Part shown: positions 1 through 10,945 of the stretch, piece after piece
Numbering within the stretch: the stretch's first letter is position 1
How the letters are laid out: every line of letters starts with the position of its first letter
Source: an uncultured cyanobacterium
GTDB taxonomy: Bacteria; Cyanobacteriota; Cyanobacteriia; Cyanobacteriales; Nostocaceae
Direction of reading: 5' to 3'
DNA: 64,000 nucleotides
Assembly (NCBI GenBank): GCA_963706595.1
Contig: OY970166.1
Location: 3,168,001-3,232,000 of the forward strand
Program-made: the position numbers and the translations under genes
Notes under the pieces: generated by a model
Databases searched by the model: none
What the model was told of the DNA's origin: nothing
Seen by the model: only the letters and a program-made list of their open reading frames with translations

Positions 1-1
1 C

Positions 2-178
2 CGCGCCCGTGTCGTTGGCGAGATTGTTTTGGGGAGTCGGGGTATTCAATTAAAACCTGTTCCAGTACCTTCAGACAATATGCGTGAACCCGTGGATAAA
101 TCTATCCGTGATGGCGCTAGAGCCTTACTTTGGGTGACTACTGGTTACACGGGTGCAGAACATAGCAAAAAGCAGTGA
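2..178 (+). CDS. 3' end of a gene, probably YdcF/DUF218 family protein (partial, window edge)
   Basis: Frame 2 reads RARVVGEIVLGSRGIQLKPVPV...IRDGARALLWVTTG to TGA at 176-178, resembling cyanobacterial YdcF C-termini. Confidence 0.6.
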   Translation, partial: RARVVGEIVLGSRGIQLKPVPVPSDNMREPVDKSIRDGARALLWVTTGYTGAEHSKKQ

Positions 179-180
179 AT

Positions 181-241
181 GGAGCAGGAAAGAGGAGGTA
201 GGGGGCAGGGAGCAGGGGGCAGGGAGCAGGGGGCAGGGGAG
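181..241. repeat. STRR-type heptamer tandem repeat (GGGGCAG/GGAGCAG)
   Basis: Directly visible tandem heptamers; same family at 2590-2825, 5095-5130, 17525-17590, 22926-23105, 61916-61942. Confidence 0.9.
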
Positions 242-309
242 AATAAATGGGAAGATGGGGATGGATGACGACTTCATCCCTATCTTCCCAAATTTTCTTT
301 TCTAATTTC

Positions 310-603
310 TTATGTGGTCATTTCTTTGACTAAAACATAGGGCTGAATGATCAAAGTTTGAAATCGTTTGGTGCGATCGCTATTCCAATTTCCCAGTTGT
401 GTATCTGAAGGTTTAGCCATGAGTTGCTGATCAATCCATTGTTGTACGGATGAGATTTGATCGCTGGCGATCGCCACTCCCACATCTAGCAAGTCTAAAT
501 CCTCTGCGACCACAATCACCGCATCCCGTTTTACATGAGGAATTAGCCAATCCCACTCAGCCTCATCCAGAATTTCTGTTAGTTCTGCTCTTAAATCCGA
601 CAT
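310..603 (-). CDS. DUF2288 family protein
   Basis: AEWDWLIPHVKRDAVIVVAEDLDLLDVGVAIASD...FQTLIIQPYVLV; likely start ATG at 603 rather than 633. Confidence 0.8.
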   Translation of the reverse strand: MSDLRAELTEILDEAEWDWLIPHVKRDAVIVVAEDLDLLDVGVAIASDQISSVQQWIDQQLMAKPSDTQLGNWNSDRTKRFQTLIIQPYVLVKEMTT

Positions 604-647
604 AATTCCCCGTCTTGATGCGTCTACGTCCAATTTTATAACATTTC

Positions 648-1286
648 TTAACGTCCTAAATCATGCAACTCATTAATTGCTGTAGCACATTGATGTGTCA
701 CAGCTTGTAATTCTGCCTTATTAGTAGAACTGGGCGCATCAATTAATTTACCAATCCGAATAGTTAAGGGAACAGCACGAGGGATAGCCGAACCTTTTTG
801 TAATATCTTTTCAGAACCCCATAAACTCACGGGTAAGAATGGCGCTTTAGCCTTCGCCGCCAAGAGTGCAGCCCCTCTTTTAGGATCTGTAATTCTACCA
901 TCTGGGGTGCGAGTCCCTTCTAAGAAAACACCCACAGCCCAGCCATTTTCCAGATACTCTAGGGCTGAACGAATGGAATTGCGATCGCCACTACCCCGAC
1001 TCACCGGGTAAGCACCATATAATTTAATTGCTTGTGCCAAAACAGGGACTTCAAATAACTCTTCCTTCGCCATATACGCCACTGGACGACGTACACAATT
1101 AGAGACAATCGGCGGATCAAAGTAACTAGCATGATTACTCACCACCACTAGTTTTCCTGATTTGGGGACATTTTCCACCCCATAAATTCGCCCTTGAAAG
1201 TAAGTATGAAGCATAGGGCTGACAATTGACCACTTAAAAGCGTGGTATAGTGCCAGACTGATTAAAGGTTCGCGTTCTCTGGTCAC
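648..1286 (-). CDS. plsC: 1-acyl-sn-glycerol-3-phosphate acyltransferase
   Basis: NHASYFD (HxxxxD) and FLEGTR motifs; downstream of plsX-fabH-fabD. Confidence 0.9.
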   Translation of the reverse strand: MTREREPLISLALYHAFKWSIVSPMLHTYFQGRIYGVENVPKSGKLVVVSNHASYFDPPIVSNCVRRPVAYMAKEELFEVPVLAQAIKLYGAYPVSRGSGDRNSIRSALEYLENGWAVGVFLEGTRTPDGRITDPKRGAALLAAKAKAPFLPVSLWGSEKILQKGSAIPRAVPLTIRIGKLIDAPSSTNKAELQAVTHQCATAINELHDLGR

Positions 1287-1362
1287 GGAAGATAATTCAA
1301 TTTATTTGATTAAAATTTAGCATAAGCGATCGCGATCGCTATTTGGTCTTATACCAAACTAA

Positions 1363-1451
1363 TAGACATCTGGTGAAAATAAAATATGCGTGATCACAGT
1401 TGTAGAGAGGTTTCATGGAACGTCTCTACATTCTTTGTCACCAGATGTCTA
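1363..1451. mobile_element. Small MITE with TAGACATCTGGTGA terminal inverted repeats and an internal GTAGAGA..TCTCTAC palindrome
   Basis: tagacatctggtgaaaa at 1363 is complementary to ttgtcaccagatgtcta ending at 1451. Confidence 0.75.
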
Positions 1452-1632
1452 ATGTGAAACTGCACTAAATGACTTACCTAAAATTCTTGGCGTGCTTGGC
1501 GTGCTTGGCGGTTCGTTCTCTAAATATTATGTGCATCTGCATACAAAATTGCCACACAATTCTGTCACTACTATCTGTTGGTGAAAAAACGAATTGAATT
1601 TTGAATGAACTTGTCCAATACTGTATTTACCC

Positions 1633-2514
1633 CTAAACTGGCAATTCCGCAGCATTACGGACATTTGTGAAGATTAAATCAGAGGTGGTGCGTTTCATCA
1701 AATTAGTTAGCACATTTCCAGGTCCAATTTCCACGACTTGCTCAATACCATCTGTTGGTAATTGCAGAGAAATTTCTCGCCAACGCACCGAACCGGTCAT
1801 TTGTTGGCTGAGACGCTGCTTGAGAATATTTGTATCCGTAGATGGCATTGGATCTACATTAGACATGACTGGGACAAAAACGGGCTGAAATTCCACTGAT
1901 TCGAGAATATCTTGGAACTCCGCCGCCGCCGCCGCCATCAAGGGTGAGTGAAATGCTCCAGAGGTTCTTAAAGGGATAGCACGTTTGGCTTTCACTTTAG
2001 ATATAATTTCTCGTACAGCTTCTGGAGTACCAGAGATCACTACCTGAGCCGGACTGTTATCATTGGCTAAAACTGCATCTGGTGTCTGAGCCAGCACTGC
2101 TTCTAATTGTTCGCGGTCAAAGTTCATCAAAGCCGCCATCATTCCACCTGCGGCACTATCCATGAGTTCAGCCCGACGCTTGACTAGGTGTAACCCAGCC
2201 GACCACTCAAACGCACCTGCAATATAAAGGGCAATATATTCACCCAAACTGTGACCAGCAACTACATCTGGTTTATGTCCCCGTTCCCGGAGAATATCAG
2301 CCAAGATGCTTTCTACCACATAAAGACTTGGCTGTGTATAGAGCGTCTGTGATAACTTTTCTTCTTCGCTTTGACATAAGTCGGTGACAGACCAGCCCAA
2401 AATTGCTTCAGCTTGGGCAAATTTATCTTTAGCGCTTGGTATATCTAATAAGTCAATTCCCATTCCCAGCGCTTGAGAACCTTGTCCGGGAAACACCCAT
2501 GCAGTTTTAGTCAT
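1633..2514 (-). CDS. fabD: Malonyl-CoA:ACP transacylase
   Basis: FPGQGSQ, GHSLGEY and GAFHS motifs. Confidence 0.97.
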   Translation of the reverse strand: MTKTAWVFPGQGSQALGMGIDLLDIPSAKDKFAQAEAILGWSVTDLCQSEEEKLSQTLYTQPSLYVVESILADILRERGHKPDVVAGHSLGEYIALYIAGAFEWSAGLHLVKRRAELMDSAAGGMMAALMNFDREQLEAVLAQTPDAVLANDNSPAQVVISGTPEAVREIISKVKAKRAIPLRTSGAFHSPLMAAAAAEFQDILESVEFQPVFVPVMSNVDPMPSTDTNILKQRLSQQMTGSVRWREISLQLPTDGIEQVVEIGPGNVLTNLMKRTTSDLIFTNVRNAAELPV

Positions 2515-2825
2515 TTGTCCTTAGTCATTAGTCATTGGTCATTAGTCATTAGTCATTGGTCATTAGTCATTGGGAAGTTACCGTCTTCTCCCCCCTGCTC
2601 CCTGCTCCCTGCTCCCCTGCCTCTTATCTTCCCCCTGCTCCCTGCTCCCTGCTCCCCTGCCTCTTATCTTCCCCCTGCTCCCTGCACCCTGCTCCCTGCC
2701 TCTTTTTCTCCCCCCTGCTCCCTGCTCCCCTGCCTCTTATCTTCCCCCTGCTCCCTGCTCCCTGCTCCCCTGCCTCTTTCTCCCCCCTGCTCCCTGCACC
2801 CTGCTCCCCTGCCTCTTATCTTCCC
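2506..2825. repeat. Composite STRR array: (TTAGTCA/TTGGTCA)n then (CCCTGCT)n with repeated CCTCTTATCTTCCCC units
   Basis: Directly visible; fills the fabH-fabD spacer and overlaps the fabH stop. Confidence 0.9.
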
Positions 2826-3808
2826 CATTGAAATATGGCTGCGCCCCAAGTTAATCCAGCCCCAAAGCCAGATGCAGCAATGATGTCATTAGGTTTGATT
2901 TTGCCTGACCGCACGGCTTCATCTAAGGCTAGGGGAATAGAGGCGGCGGAGGTATTGCCATAATTGGCGAGATTGCTAATTACTTTGTGTTCGGGAATAT
3001 TTAGGCGTTGGGCAACGGAATCAAGAATCCGTTGATTTGCTTGATGTAATACTAGCCAATCTATTTGGTCAACAGTCAGATTAGCTTGAAATAAAGCTTT
3101 ATCAATAATTTCTGGGACTTTTTGGACAGCAAAGCGGTAGACTTCTTTGCCGTTCATGGTTATGGGCTGATAATGACCTTTAGTGATATTTACGTCTGGG
3201 AGCAATTCTTGTGCAGAAGAGGTATAAGCAAGATTCAGGTAGTGGTTTTGCGTACCATCACTTTTTAAGGAAAATCCTAATAGGCGATCGCTTTGATTCG
3301 ATTGCAATACTACCGCCCCAGCACCATCGCCAAATAACACACAAGTCCGCCGATCATGCCAATCTACCCAGCGAGAGAGGATATCTGCCCCAATCAAGAG
3401 TACATTTTTATAGACACCTGTTTTGATATATTGGGCAGCTGTGACTAGCCCAAAGACAAAGCCAGAGCAAGCAGCTGTCAAATCAAAGGCGACTGCGTTT
3501 GTGGCTCCTAATTGAGCTTGAATTTGACAAGCACTACCAAATAAATCATCAGGGGTGGATGTGGCGAGCAAAATCAAGTCCAGGTCTGTGGCTTTAATTC
3601 CGGCTGAGGCGATCGCTTGACTACCAGCATCAGCAGCGAGGGTACTCAAAGACTCAGATGGTAGCGCTAAACACCGTTGACGAATTCCCGTTCTTGTGGT
3701 AATCCACTCATCTGAAGTTTCTACCAGTTCAGTCAGCGCCTCGTTAGTGAGGTGAGTTTTTGGTACTGCCGAGCCGCTCCCTGTAATTGCTATGCCTAAC
3801 TTTTCCAC
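2816..3808 (-). CDS. fabH: 3-oxoacyl-ACP synthase III
   Basis: AACSGF, HQANQRI and YGNTSAAS catalytic motifs. Confidence 0.97.
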   Translation of the reverse strand: MEKLGIAITGSGSAVPKTHLTNEALTELVETSDEWITTRTGIRQRCLALPSESLSTLAADAGSQAIASAGIKATDLDLILLATSTPDDLFGSACQIQAQLGATNAVAFDLTAACSGFVFGLVTAAQYIKTGVYKNVLLIGADILSRWVDWHDRRTCVLFGDGAGAVVLQSNQSDRLLGFSLKSDGTQNHYLNLAYTSSAQELLPDVNITKGHYQPITMNGKEVYRFAVQKVPEIIDKALFQANLTVDQIDWLVLHQANQRILDSVAQRLNIPEHKVISNLANYGNTSAASIPLALDEAVRSGKIKPNDIIAASGFGAGLTWGAAIFQWGR

Positions 3809-3927
3809 TCCGATTCTCCCCAGCTATCAGCATTGTAGTCATTAGTCATCAGTCATCAGTCATTAGTCTTTTCCTATTGACCAATGACCTTTTTCCAGCT
3901 ATTGATCGCTAGTTTTGTAGCTAATGC

Positions 3928-4953
3928 CTAACTGGTTTCCTGTTCTAGAATTTCATATTGGGACTGAAGTCTTTGCAGCACCTGATTGTCTACAGCTTCC
4001 TTGGCCATCCGAATGGCATTAAAAATAGAAGGAGCTTGAGAGCTACCATGTCCAATAAAACAGACTCCGGCTACCCCTAAAAGCAAAGCACCACCATGTT
4101 CTGCGTGATCCATGCGCTGTTTAACTCGTTTCAGGTTAGGTTTTAAAATTGCTGTCCCAATTTGACCGTGCAATCCTTGGGGTAATTCTTCCCGCAAGAT
4201 TTGCAAAATCACTTCACCCACTGCTTCGGCAAATTTTAATAACACATTGCCCACAAAGCCATCGCAGACAATCACATCAAAGTTACCAGAAAGGACATCA
4301 CGCCCTTCAGCATTACCAATAAAATTAATTTGGGAATTTTCCCTCAGTAGTTGGTGCGCGCGCAGTGCGACTTCATTACCCTTAGTATCTTCTTCACCAA
4401 TATTCAACAAACCGACTTCAGGCTTGGCAACACCCAATACATACTGGCTATAAGTTGACCCCATGACAGCAAACTGCTCTAAAAACTTAGGGCGGGAGTC
4501 TACATTGGCACCAACATCAAGTATCAGTACTGGTTTACCAGCTTTGATTGTGGGAAAAACCGTGCCAATAGCTGGGCGGTCAATTCCTGGCAATCGTCCG
4601 AGGCGAAGCAAAGCTGCTGCCATAGCTGCCCCAGAGTGTCCCGCAGAAAACACGGCATCTGCCTGCTGCTGCTTGACTAAATTCATCGCCACATTAATAG
4701 AAGCCTTGCGTTTGCGTCTAACTGCATTCAAAGGCTCCTCATCCATTGCGATCGCTTCCTCCGCAGGAACGATCTCTACCCGCTCCAAATTTGTTTTTGG
4801 GGGCAAGGCAGCTGCAATTTGTTGGGGATCACCAACTAATAATACCTTCACACCCAATTCTTCACTGGCGCGCATTGCGCCAGCAACGATTTCACCGGGT
4901 GCATGATCCCCTCCCATTGCGTCAATTGCTATCCGTACGCCAGTCGATCCCAT
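3928..4953 (-). CDS. plsX: Phosphate acyltransferase PlsX
   Basis: IAIDAMGGDHAP, IDRPA, CDGFVGN, IGHGSS. Confidence 0.97.
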   Translation of the reverse strand: MGSTGVRIAIDAMGGDHAPGEIVAGAMRASEELGVKVLLVGDPQQIAAALPPKTNLERVEIVPAEEAIAMDEEPLNAVRRKRKASINVAMNLVKQQQADAVFSAGHSGAAMAAALLRLGRLPGIDRPAIGTVFPTIKAGKPVLILDVGANVDSRPKFLEQFAVMGSTYSQYVLGVAKPEVGLLNIGEEDTKGNEVALRAHQLLRENSQINFIGNAEGRDVLSGNFDVIVCDGFVGNVLLKFAEAVGEVILQILREELPQGLHGQIGTAILKPNLKRVKQRMDHAEHGGALLLGVAGVCFIGHGSSQAPSIFNAIRMAKEAVDNQVLQRLQSQYEILEQETS

Positions 4954-5215
4954 TGCTTAGAGCTACTAGAAACCTTACAAATTTTACCAGATGGCTTTGC
5001 CCAAAAACCGGAAGTTTCTGACTACCGTATTACTCTTGTCACTATTGCAACTTCAGCAGCAAGCTCAAGATACCATGAATGGTTAGGGAATAGGAAGAGG
5101 CAGAGGGGCAGGGGGCAGGGTGCAGGGGGAGAGTAGGAAAGAAAGGTTGTCAAGCAGACGGGAGTGTAGAGTAATTTCCAATTCACCCCTCTTCTGCCCC
5201 ACCCCTGCCTAATTT

Positions 5216-6691
5216 CTACTCACTCAATACCCAATTAACTAGGGTTCGCACACCGTAGCCTGTAGCACCTGGGCTGTTGTAGCCGTTTTCTTTATCTGTC
5301 CACACTGGTCCAGCAACGTCTAAGTGCGCCCAAGGGGTATCTTTAATGAACTGCTTCAAGAACAGGGACGCAGTAATAGAACCACCAGGACGCGGCCCGG
5401 TATTTTTCATGTCCGCAATTCCCGATTTCAGTCCTTCAAAATATTTTTCTTCCATTGGCATCCGCCACAGTTTTTCACCTGCGCTTTCGGCAGCTTGTTC
5501 CAGTTGGGAAGCTACAGCATCATCGGGAGTAAATAAGCCGGCAATATCTTCACCTAAAGCCACAACGCAAGCACCTGTGAGAGTGGCTAAATCAATGACT
5601 GCATCTACTCCCAATTTGTCTGCATACACCAAGGCATCAGCTAAGGTTAAACGCCCTTCTGCATCGGTGTTGTTCACTTCTATTGTTTTGCCATTGGATG
5701 CTTTGAGGATGTCGCCAGGGTGCATGGCGTGACCGCTAATCATGTTTTCTGTGGCGGCTGAGATGAAGTGAACTTCTACATCTGGTTTGATTTGAGCAAT
5801 GGCTTTGGCTGCACCGAAGGTAGCACCAGCACCGCCCATATCAATTTTCATAGTTTCGATACCGCTTCCAGCACCTTTAATATTCAGTCCGCCGGAATCG
5901 AAGGTTAAACCTTTACCAATAATTGCTAGTTTGCGTCTGGGTGTACCTTCGGGTTTGTAAGTCAGGTGAATGAATTTTGGTGGCAAGTCTGAGGCTTGGG
6001 CAACTCCTAAAAAAGCACCCATACCCAGCTTTTCGCAGTCTTCCCGTTCTAAAATTTGGATCTCAATGCCGTGTTCAGTGGCGATCGCCTGAGCTGTTTC
6101 TGCCAAGGTAATCGGTGTTACCTCATTGGCTGGTGCTGCTACCAATTCCCTGGCTAAATTTACCCCGGAAACGATTTGATTGGCGCGGGTAATGGCTGCT
6201 TCTTGTCCACTTAATCCCAGTAAATCTACGGTTTCAATTTTTGCGCCTTTATCTTCTGGTTCAGACTTAAAGCGATTGTCTTGATAAAGAGCTAATTGTA
6301 TACCTTCCGCGATCGCCTGAGCAGTTTCCGCAGGCTTGTTATCCCACAATGGCAAACTCAAACCCAGGTTTTTGCTTTTTTGCTTTTTTGCCACCCTAGC
6401 CACAGCAGCAGCCGCACGCCGCAAGGTTTCTAGTTTTAACGCGTCTGGTTTCCCCAAACCAACTAAAATTATTTTACGGATCGGGCTACCAGCACTAACA
6501 CGGGTGAAAACGCTGCTATAGGCTTTGGCTGTAAATTCTTCCTCAGCAATCAGTTCTTTTAAAACACCGCCAAACTGCTGATCTAATTTTGCCAGTTCGC
6601 CAGTTAACTCTACGGCATCTTCAAATAATCCAATTGCCAAACTATCGCCTGCCCATTCTAGCAGAGGCGTGTTACTAGGTTGAATTTTCAT
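5216..6691 (-). CDS. pepA: Leucyl aminopeptidase (M17)
   Basis: [25 protein letters not shown]. Confidence 0.97.
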   Translation of the reverse strand: MKIQPSNTPLLEWAGDSLAIGLFEDAVELTGELAKLDQQFGGVLKELIAEEEFTAKAYSSVFTRVSAGSPIRKIILVGLGKPDALKLETLRRAAAAVARVAKKQKSKNLGLSLPLWDNKPAETAQAIAEGIQLALYQDNRFKSEPEDKGAKIETVDLLGLSGQEAAITRANQIVSGVNLARELVAAPANEVTPITLAETAQAIATEHGIEIQILEREDCEKLGMGAFLGVAQASDLPPKFIHLTYKPEGTPRRKLAIIGKGLTFDSGGLNIKGAGSGIETMKIDMGGAGATFGAAKAIAQIKPDVEVHFISAATENMISGHAMHPGDILKASNGKTIEVNNTDAEGRLTLADALVYADKLGVDAVIDLATLTGACVVALGEDIAGLFTPDDAVASQLEQAAESAGEKLWRMPMEEKYFEGLKSGIADMKNTGPRPGGSITASLFLKQFIKDTPWAHLDVAGPVWTDKENGYNSPGATGYGVRTLVNWVLSE

Positions 6692-6765
6692 TTTGTGAAT
6701 TTATCTAAATTTTCCTACTTTTACCAGTATTACTTAAAATTCTTTTTTCTTTGGTGAATTATCGA

Positions 6766-7101
6766 TTAAGCAACGCCATACCCTGTGTAGGGACGTTTGT
6801 ATGGAGGATGCAACCCTATAACTATATCTTCTTTAGGAATGCCCATGTCTAATAGTTCTTCACCGACATCAATATCAGTTGTGTTCTGTTGCAGCCAGAT
6901 TTTGCCATCTTTAATATCAAAGTGCAGAATAGTGTGATATACACGCTTCAAGCCTTTCCAACCCACTCGCATAAGTTGGTAATGATCTCGCACTGAGTCA
7001 AAAAATAGCTCGTTTTCTACATCTTGTTCATGGGATTTATACTGACTATGTTTTTCTAAAAGAGTTTGGATGCAGGAAAGATAATTTTCTAACTTCTCCA
7101 T
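6766..7101 (-). CDS. XisI family protein (solo)
   Basis: FDSVRDHYQLMRVGW...HFDIKDGKIWLQQNTT...GIPKEDIVIGLHPPYKRPYTGYGV; likely start ATG 7101. Confidence 0.9.
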   Translation of the reverse strand: MEKLENYLSCIQTLLEKHSQYKSHEQDVENELFFDSVRDHYQLMRVGWKGLKRVYHTILHFDIKDGKIWLQQNTTDIDVGEELLDMGIPKEDIVIGLHPPYKRPYTGYGVA

Positions 7102-7204
7102 TAGTCCTATTATTAATTTACGAGTTTTCACTAGTATTGTGTCAAAAAATAATTGACGGATATATTTTCTGTAGAGACGGCGATTTATCGCGTCTCTCCA
7201 ACCG

Positions 7205-8336
7205 TCATAATGTATTTGACAGACTACTAGGGTTTATTTGGGAAATTTTTTCACACTCAGCTAATAAAGGATTCCCCAAATCAGGATTTTCTTGGGCAAT
7301 TTCTTGACATCTAGCGACTAAAGCAATGGCAAAATCAGGGTTGAGTTGTTTGAATAGCTGATCTAACGGCTGGGGTGATTTGATGTTTTCAGCAATCTCT
7401 TGCAATGATTCATCACTCAAATTAGCAGCTTTTAATTCTGGTAAGATTTCTTCCCAAGTTTTCTGAGGATAACTGGCGAGGATCATTTGCACTAAAATCT
7501 GATCCATGATTGCTTCTTGCGCCAAAGCAGTTTCCAGATACTCTTGACTTTGAGCTTGTAAAGTGGCTAATGTTTCTGGGGAAGTCAGGGAAGTGGATTC
7601 ATCTAGCTTGGCTTCATAAAATCGACAAGCTGCATATCCTAAAGAATAGATCATTGTGGCGTTGGAACTAGTGGCGATCGCAGCACCGGCAAAAGGCACA
7701 TTTCGCAGCAAACCTAAACCACCCAATCTTAAAAGGCGACCACCACCCAAGCCTAAGCCAAAAATTCCCAAAACTTCACCCTTCCGGGCGGGATCTTTTA
7801 AATCTAAACCATAAACCGCAGCAATTTGATAAATCATTTCTGACTGTAATTTAGTAGTTGCTGCCAAATCAATAGCTAACAACGCCGCCGCTACGCCTGG
7901 CAAAATACTACTAGCTAGACCAATCCCCCCGGCTTTTCTGGCTTTATCAACCATAATCCTATGGGCGATTTGACTGGGTGATTCATCAGGATACTTTTGC
8001 TTGAGCTTGTTTACAGATGCTTCAGCTTTTTCCAAATCGACACTTTCACTAGGGCTAATCAACCAGTTGAGATTTAATACCCCAGTTAGTTTTCTCACAA
8101 ACCAATTTTCGCTGATGTGATTAACTACATCACCAGTGGTTTGAGTACCTTTTTCAATTAATTTATATGTTTCCTTTGCAGCGACTACTCCCGCCCCAAT
8201 GGATGTATCTAAAACTATTTGACCCGCTTCAAGGGCTGTATGAGTAATTGCCTTTCCTACCTCACCCACAGCCTCACATACAGATTTATGGTCTTGATTT
8301 GTTTACCTCTATTTCTGGTTGAGATTTGTCTGCCAT
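7205..8336 (-). CDS. EcsC/DUF697-like protein; probable true start at 8336 with a +1 frameshift near 8297
   Basis: LLAIDLAATTKLQSEMIYQIAAVYGLDL and VPFAGAAIATSSNA..LGYAACRFYE; upstream ATG frame MADKSQPEIEVN joins ORF 7205..8269 if one base is removed. Confidence 0.65.
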
Positions 8337-8674
8337 TGTTAAGCACCATATTAACAGCCTGTTATTTCAGTTGTACCGAATATGGCTGGGGCTGACATCC
8401 TCCAGAATGAGCAAATTTATCAAAATTATGCAGAAGTAGAGTTCAAGGTTTTGGGAAAAGAGACACCTTCATCAACATCAAAGAGGGAACAAGAAAGATT
8501 CAGGCTGCTAAACTGTAATTCTTGGTTTTATCTATAGCTATAAAACTCCCATCTATCGGTAAAGATTATAAATTTATCTCTAATGATTTATTACACGAAT
8601 ATATAAGTTGTCTGATTTTTTACCAAAAAATGCAACTAAAAAACGGTTATTTCTCACTTCCTACTCCCCACTCC

Positions 8675-9514
8675 CTATTCCCCACTCCCAATTCTCTGCT
8701 CGGCTTTGATTTGATGTTCTACAAAATTTTGTTCTCGTAAGATTTTATAAAGATTGATATTGTGTTCTAGTAAACAGGCGTGTCCACTGTCAGGTAATAC
8801 AGCTAATTTGGGGTTAGGTAAAATACTTACCAAGCGTTTGGCTTCGTTAACTGAGGGTAAGAGGCGATCGCTTGCACCAGCAATCAGCAAAACGGCTTGA
8901 GTTAGTTGGCGTAACTGCGCTTCAGTCACACTAAATTCCTTCAGTAAAGACAATCGCCATGTAACTGTGGCTGGGGGTACAGACTGCATGGTTTTCAGCA
9001 GTTCATGGCGCAGATGGCGGGGAATACGTGCCAAGGATGCTAAAAAGGGTAATAACCCTAGTGCGCCCAGATCATAAAAGCATTCTGGAACAAAGTAAGT
9101 AAATTGGGATGTCCAAGTTAACCAAGGGCGCAACTGAAAAGCTGATGCTGGGTTAATCAGAATAATCCGCTTAAATAACTGTGGTGATTGGGTCGCTACT
9201 TTCATCGCCAAACAACCCCCAAAGGACTCGCCACACAGGTAAACAGGTCTGTGTGAGCTTTTTTCTAATTCCGCATGAATCAAATCCAAGACGTTGTTAC
9301 TTAACTCCTCCCAGGTGGTGAGGTCTTGTCTAGGAATCGCCAAACACCGGACATCAAAGCCAACCTCTAAGCCAGCAGTTTGCGATCGCAATAATTCACC
9401 AGTTCCATCCAATCCTGGTAAATACACAAACAACGGATACTCTAATTGGACTCGGTTAGGAGTCAGGAAACACGGCTTTAGCTCAACTTTTGGCATTGTA
9501 AAATATAAATTCAA
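8675..9514 (-). CDS. Alpha/beta hydrolase (esterase/lipase/thioesterase-like)
   Basis: LPGLDGTG, GESFGG nucleophile elbow, SGHACLLE; C-terminus runs into a CCCCA-type STRR. Confidence 0.85.
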   Translation of the reverse strand: MNLYFTMPKVELKPCFLTPNRVQLEYPLFVYLPGLDGTGELLRSQTAGLEVGFDVRCLAIPRQDLTTWEELSNNVLDLIHAELEKSSHRPVYLCGESFGGCLAMKVATQSPQLFKRIILINPASAFQLRPWLTWTSQFTYFVPECFYDLGALGLLPFLASLARIPRHLRHELLKTMQSVPPATVTWRLSLLKEFSVTEAQLRQLTQAVLLIAGASDRLLPSVNEAKRLVSILPNPKLAVLPDSGHACLLEHNINLYKILREQNFVEHQIKAEQRIGSGE

Positions 9515-9843
9515 CTTTTTAGTTTTATGATAAAATCATATCGTATGTAGTAAAAACCACATTAAAAATAACAATCATAAATCATTAATAAGACCCTTTC
9601 CCTCTTCACTTGGCGACCTTCTCCCAAGGGGAGACGCTACGCGGTAAGCGAAGCTTATGCCGAAGGCTTTAGGCGACTTGGCGGTTCGTTCATCTTCATA
9701 ATAAATAACGCAATTGACAATCAGCCTGTAACAGAGAGACGAATTAATATAAAAATACTCCTAAACAAACCATTTGTAATGCTTACGAAAAACATCCATT
9801 AAAAACGCAACAGCATCACATATATCCATAAAAATTCCACCAT

Positions 9844-10569
9844 TTAATAACAACCTTGCTCTAGTAAACTAGCAACTTCATCGTGACAATGTTCAGTGAG
9901 TTCATTCACAACATTTTTCGCTTGTTTGCCGTGATATTTCTGTTGATGTTGTGGTGTAATCCAATAAGGGCGACCAATTAACACAGCAACCCGACGATAT
10001 ATAACCAAGGGATGTAAACCTGGTTGATTAAATAAAGGTTCGGAAGGGTCAAATAAACTTAACAGTCGCAGAGGTAAACCATAAGTATTGACTTCTTCTA
10101 AGGAAGCGATCGCAATTGGTAAAATTGCCAAATCCTCTACAGTAGACCGCAATGCTAAATGAGCAAACCCTCTATGAAATTCACCAACTGCATTGGGACG
10201 AGTAGATGTCACCATTGGCCGAGTTCCTTCAGGGAAAACACCCACCATCTGCTTTGACTGCAAAATTATCTGTGACTGTTCAAAAAAGCTTTGCTGGCGG
10301 TTGGGCGTATCCTCCAAAGGAAAACATCCCAATTGTCCCGTGACAATTTCCCGCATTAGTGGTACTTGTCCCATATAGTGATGACAAGCAAAGCGAATTG
10401 GTCTGGATAGCGCCGACATTAAAATCAGTGCATCCATAAAGCTACGGTGATTGCTGACTACTAAAACACTACCATCCCTGGGGATGCGATTTTCGTGGTA
10501 GCGAAAAATTTGCGTTGATAACGCCGCCAGGAAATAGCGAGAAATATCCAGGGGACTATTTGGACTCAT
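9844..10569 (-). CDS. Lysophospholipid acyltransferase family protein
   Basis: NHRSFMD and VFPEGT motifs. Confidence 0.85.
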   Translation of the reverse strand: MSPNSPLDISRYFLAALSTQIFRYHENRIPRDGSVLVVSNHRSFMDALILMSALSRPIRFACHHYMGQVPLMREIVTGQLGCFPLEDTPNRQQSFFEQSQIILQSKQMVGVFPEGTRPMVTSTRPNAVGEFHRGFAHLALRSTVEDLAILPIAIASLEEVNTYGLPLRLLSLFDPSEPLFNQPGLHPLVIYRRVAVLIGRPYWITPQHQQKYHGKQAKNVVNELTEHCHDEVASLLEQGCY

Positions 10570-10705
10570 ACCTAATTAATATATTTTTTTCCAAATCGCA
10601 GATGATCTTGACTTAATTTTTACATTTCTGTATTGATACTTAGGCAGTCTTAAGGTAGAAAAATTTTATCCATAAAGGTAGCTACATTTTCAGACTTTAG
10701 AGTTA

Positions 10706-10721
10706 TGTATTCACAGTTACA
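10706..10721. promoter_or_regulatory. Possible NtcA box (TGTA-N8-TACA)
   Basis: tGTAttcacagtTACa matches the consensus, between the divergent acyltransferase and metG; no canonical TAN3T at 22-23 nt spacing. Confidence 0.35.
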
Positions 10722-10945
10722 ATTAATATGATAGCAATCATTAGAAAATATTATCATTGGCTGAATGAGTTCTTGTGAGTAGAGGCTAGGCAGATTTATA
10801 CACATCAAGAAAAAATTCTGGTCATCAGAAATTTGCTAATATTAAGTTATGCTTTGTCAAACAAGTAGTAATATCATAAGATTGCATGGATTTACCAGTA
10901 AAAGTAAAATAGAAACCCTTTTAATAATTTATTTTTTTATTTTGT

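Noticed and set aside
2473..2883. Pro/Leu/Cys-rich ORFs in several frames
   Set aside because: They are translations of STRR heptamer repeats.
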